Shown here: positions 58,071 to 60,812 of the stretch, in pieces
Position numbering within the stretch: position 1 is the first letter of the stretch
Layout of the letters: the number at the start of each line of letters is the position of its first letter
Source: a virus
Lineage: Duplodnaviria > Caudoviricetes
DNA length: 60,812 nt
IMG/VR virus record: IMGVR_UViG_3300019752_000008
Coordinates: 1 to 60,812 of that record
Reading direction: 5' to 3' (one strand)
Made by a program: the position numbers and the translations under genes
Notes under the pieces: generated by a model
What the model was told of the DNA's origin: nothing
Seen by the model: the letters and a program-made list of their open reading frames with translations, nothing else
The model's database searches: none

Positions 58071-58625
58071 TTATATTCTTTTACTATCAGCTTCTGTTTT
58101 GCTTGATCCAAAATAGAATGCAAGAACATATCCAAGAGACAGTGTTAGTGAGTTGTTTATACCTACTATTACTGTTTGATTTAGTTCTTCCGTAGCTCCT
58201 ATAAGCATTGAAAACCATAGTCCAAAAGTAGATACTACTACAAAAATTGCTATTATACTGCCTGTATTTCTTACTAGCCAATCTTTTGATGACTGTAGAT
58301 TTACGTTCATTTTTCTTGATGAGTCTTTGTCTTTTAACACTTCTGATGTATTAAATTCATCATGACGATTATCTTCTTTTTTATTTTCAAGTGCTAATTT
58401 TTCTAATTCTATTTTATCACTTGATTCTAGCTCTTGAAGTTTTACTATCTGCTCATTTGTTAAGCCGTTTTTTTTCACATCTTCTGATGATAGGTCGATA
58501 CCTGTTTTTTTTGATACATAATCTATCGCTTTATCTGCTCCACCTTCTATTGCGTTTTTTACTACATTTAGTCCTTTGTCTGCTAACATTGAAGTTATTG
58601 CTGCTATTGCTCCTGCTATTATCAT
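58071..58625 (-). CDS. Holin (GTA 3TM-like)
   Basis: D..S.R.M, two C-terminal TM helices, YFGSS. Confidence 0.8.
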   Translation of the reverse strand: MIIAGAIAAITSMLADKGLNVVKNAIEGGADKAIDYVSKKTGIDLSSEDVKKNGLTNEQIVKLQELESSDKIELEKLALENKKEDNRHDEFNTSEVLKDKDSSRKMNVNLQSSKDWLVRNTGSIIAIFVVVSTFGLWFSMLIGATEELNQTVIVGINNSLTLSLGYVLAFYFGSSKTEADSKRI

Positions 58626-58628
58626 CTA

Positions 58629-59102
58629 TTACCCTTTCTTTATTAATTCTATTGCTACTTTTACTAAGTCGTTAGCAATTCTTAGTTTTTTAAAAACATC
58701 ATCGTCACAGTCAGTTTCTTTTTTAACTATCATCTCTTCTATTTTATTATATATCTTTCCTATATCTATAATCGGTTTTTTTACTATAGATATACACTCT
58801 ATTCCTTCATAGTTACAAAGAAGATCACTGTATGCAGACATTATCACTATAGGTATTACTTTTATATGTTTTTTACTCATTACATATTCTATTAAATCTG
58901 ACCCTGTTCCAAATCCGTTTACTGTTGGCATATTAATATCCGTGATAAGCACATCAATGTTTTCTTTCTCTATAATATCCCTTGCTTCACTTCCATCATT
59001 TGCTCCAATTACTGTACAATACAACTTTTTAAGTTCTCTCTCTAAAGATAGCCTTACTATTGCTTCATCTTCTGCTATGAGTATCGTTAGATTCTTTTTC
59101 AT
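58629..59102 (-). CDS. Stand-alone CheY-like response regulator receiver domain
   Basis: ILIAEDE, LITDINMP, IMSAY, KP all intact; ATGA overlap at 59102. Confidence 0.9.
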   Translation of the reverse strand: MKKNLTILIAEDEAIVRLSLERELKKLYCTVIGANDGSEARDIIEKENIDVLITDINMPTVNGFGTGSDLIEYVMSKKHIKVIPIVIMSAYSDLLCNYEGIECISIVKKPIIDIGKIYNKIEEMIVKKETDCDDDVFKKLRIANDLVKVAIELIKKG

Positions 59103-59452
59103 TTTAAAATCCATGTTAAAACCGCTGTTATCACTATAGACAACAATGTTCCAAAAATTGTAAGTATTTTAGTAATCTTTCCATAATCACTTCTCTCTAC
59201 AATTAATTTAACCTGATTCTCTAGCTTTTCTCTTGCTTCATCTGTATTTAGATACGCTTGAACCTCTTTTAAAGCTCTTTTTTTAAACTCATCATCTAGG
59301 TCATTGTTGTTTTTTATCAAGTCCAAAACTTCTTCTTTAAAGTTTTTTCTCCATTCCAAAAGCTCTTGATACTTTTCTTCTAGTCTTGGAACTTCGCTTG
59401 TGTTTTTGGATATTTCAGTTAGTATGTCAAGTAGTTTTTCATCTTCGTTCAT
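59099..59452 (-). CDS. Coiled-coil protein with C-terminal TM helix
   Basis: Hydrophobic ILTIFGTLLSIVITAVLTW tail. Confidence 0.7.
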   Translation of the reverse strand: MNEDEKLLDILTEISKNTSEVPRLEEKYQELLEWRKNFKEEVLDLIKNNNDLDDEFKKRALKEVQAYLNTDEAREKLENQVKLIVERSDYGKITKILTIFGTLLSIVITAVLTWILK

Positions 59453-59943
59453 TAGAACTCTTTCCTTAATCCAAATTTAGCCACGGACACTTTAGGTGTG
59501 ACCATCCCGTCCATGTAAAAATATTCTCCAAATCTAAGCCCTATAGTAGCTCCTACAGCTAAACCTGAATTTTTCTCACCTTCTTTGCATCTATGAAGAT
59601 TTATACCACCACAATATCCCTCTTGATATCCTATGTATCCTGTTGTGTTTATGGCTATTGTGTCGTTTATTTTATACTCTAGCTCGTGTACAGTGCCCCA
59701 GTATTCCGTTGGTGCTTCGTAAGAGTTTCGTTCCATCTTATAGTGCGACAAGCCGTAAGAGTAGTATTTGTTGTATCTTTTAAATATAGATATTCCTCTT
59801 CCTTTGTTATCAAAGCCTTCTAGGAGGTTCATGTCTTTTAATTTATCGCTATGTTTTGAATAACTAACTAAATCTTTTTTTACGTGATAATTACTTGCAA
59901 AACTTGATGCAATTATTCCGAATAATAAAATTAACTTTTTCAC
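59452..59943 (-). CDS. Exported small outer-membrane beta-barrel, PagP-like
   Basis: Signal peptide, amphipathic strands, terminal Phe, H...G.G...NSY pattern. Confidence 0.55.
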   Translation of the reverse strand: MKKLILLFGIIASSFASNYHVKKDLVSYSKHSDKLKDMNLLEGFDNKGRGISIFKRYNKYYSYGLSHYKMERNSYEAPTEYWGTVHELEYKINDTIAINTTGYIGYQEGYCGGINLHRCKEGEKNSGLAVGATIGLRFGEYFYMDGMVTPKVSVAKFGLRKEF

Positions 59944-60335
59944 TTATCTAGCACCTCTATAGCTTCTAATCTTAACCTTGTTACTTCTTCAGGAACAGCA
60001 ATGCCTCTTTCAACTAATCTTTCTATATACCATCCAGTATCTGAAAGATACTTTTCTGCCTCTGTCCTTTTCTTTTTTAACTTCAGACTATTTATTCCTT
60101 CAGATATATCATCATTAGTCATTTTTGATATATCTTCTGTGAAAATACAACCCTCAATTTCAGTATTCTCTGAAATTAAGTGCAACTTTCTTTCACTTAT
60201 AATTTTTCTTTCACTCTCGTTTTCGCCTAAGCTTCTTACTTCAATTTTTTGTTGCAAATCTGGAAAATATGCTATCACCTCATCAAGGCTGTGTGCGTAC
60301 ATTAAAAATTCTTTCTCGGTATTATATATTTTCAT
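59940..60335 (-). CDS. Tail fibre assembly chaperone-like protein
   Basis: A..YL..T.WY..R..E.G..VPE.V...R..A; follows the fibre gene. Confidence 0.65.
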   Translation of the reverse strand: MKIYNTEKEFLMYAHSLDEVIAYFPDLQQKIEVRSLGENESERKIISERKLHLISENTEIEGCIFTEDISKMTNDDISEGINSLKLKKKRTEAEKYLSDTGWYIERLVERGIAVPEEVTRLRLEAIEVLDK

Positions 60336-60362
60336 CCCTATTCCTTTCGTTGCCTATTTAAG

Positions 60363-60812
60363 TTACAGCCCGCTAATTGATACATAATTAGGTCTTTTAT
60401 TAATTGCTGTCAATATGGCTGTTATTCCATGATGTACCCCATTATTAAACGGCACATAATACACATATCTGCCGTCATATACCGCTCCTTGAAAACCTTT
60501 GGCTCCTGAGTTTCCTAATGATAAATCTATGTAGGCTACTGAATTGTCTGTAGTGTCTAGTATGGCTGTTATACCATGATATACCCCAGTGTAAAAAGGA
60601 ACATAATACACATATCTGCCGTCATATACCGCTCCTCTGAAACCCCTAGCATTTGAGTTTCCTAATGATAAATCTATGTAGGTTACTGAATTGTCTGTAG
60701 TGTCTAGTATGGCTGTTATTCCAAAATATGCCCCATTGTAATAAGGAACATAATACACATATCTGCCGTCATATACCGCTCCTTGAAAACCTTTGGCTCC
60801 TGAGTTTCCTAA
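60363..60812 (-). CDS. Tail fibre, C-terminal part with 49-aa GAVYDGRYVYYVP (beta-propeller-like) repeats
   Basis: Same repeat and same frame as 1-748 once the 43-bp overlap is merged; followed by a fibre-chaperone-like gene. Confidence 0.8.
   Translation of the reverse strand, partial: LGNSGAKGFQGAVYDGRYVYYVPYYNGAYFGITAILDTTDNSVTYIDLSLGNSNARGFRGAVYDGRYVYYVPFYTGVYHGITAILDTTDNSVAYIDLSLGNSGAKGFQGAVYDGRYVYYVPFNNGVHHGITAILTAINKRPNYVSISGL
60413..60812. repeat. 147-bp tandem repeat units (right part); last 43 bp identical to bases 1-43
   Basis: CATATACCGCTCC at 60476, 60623 and 60770 (147-bp period). Confidence 0.95.

Noticed and set aside
59099-59452. Spanin call for the TM protein
   Set aside because: No N-terminal TM or lipobox and no o-spanin partner seen
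60363-60812. Diversity-generating retroelement acting on the fibre repeats
   Set aside because: No reverse transcriptase or non-coding template repeat; differences are not restricted to adenines
1-60812. Stop-codon reassignment
   Set aside because: Long conserved genes are intact in code 11 and end in TAA, TAG and TGA with tight packing

Overview
The window is an apparently complete (or nearly complete) ~60.8 kb AT-rich tailed dsDNA phage genome with siphovirus gene order. It is opened inside a 147-bp tandem repeat of the tail-fibre gene (bases 1-43 = 60770-60812). The host is probably a Campylobacterota bacterium, inferred from the SSB, the AAGGAT(A)-type RBSs and TTAAGT-N21-TAnnnT promoters. 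The minus strand from ~23.2 kb to 1 and on through 60.8-57.1 kb carries TerS, lambda-GpA TerL, gpW, portal, ClpP, cement, capsid, neck, tail tube, G/GT chaperones, tape measure, tail tip, repeat fibre and an unusual lysis operon. That operon includes an outer-membrane barrel and an intact stand-alone response-regulator receiver domain. A cos-like site near 23.44 kb is followed by a consensus promoter and a plus-strand early region of small orphan genes and an ATP-dependent ligase, punctuated by a repeated TAGTAG-N8-ACCAATTTT element. The middle regions hold HNH, KilA-N/Rha, RecE-like/ERF/SSB, dUTPase, four DNA methyltransferases and an HUH endonuclease. No integrase, CI repressor, polymerase, helicase, primase, tRNA or CRISPR array was recognised. 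Best candidates for new biology: (1) the receiver domain plus PagP-like barrel in the lysis operon; (2) twin covarying RNA switches in front of the Rha and KilA-N genes; (3) the dispersed early-region element; (4) a direct-repeat-flanked tetraloop ncRNA; (5) the HUH endonuclease. All family assignments come from motif recognition by eye, not from database searches.
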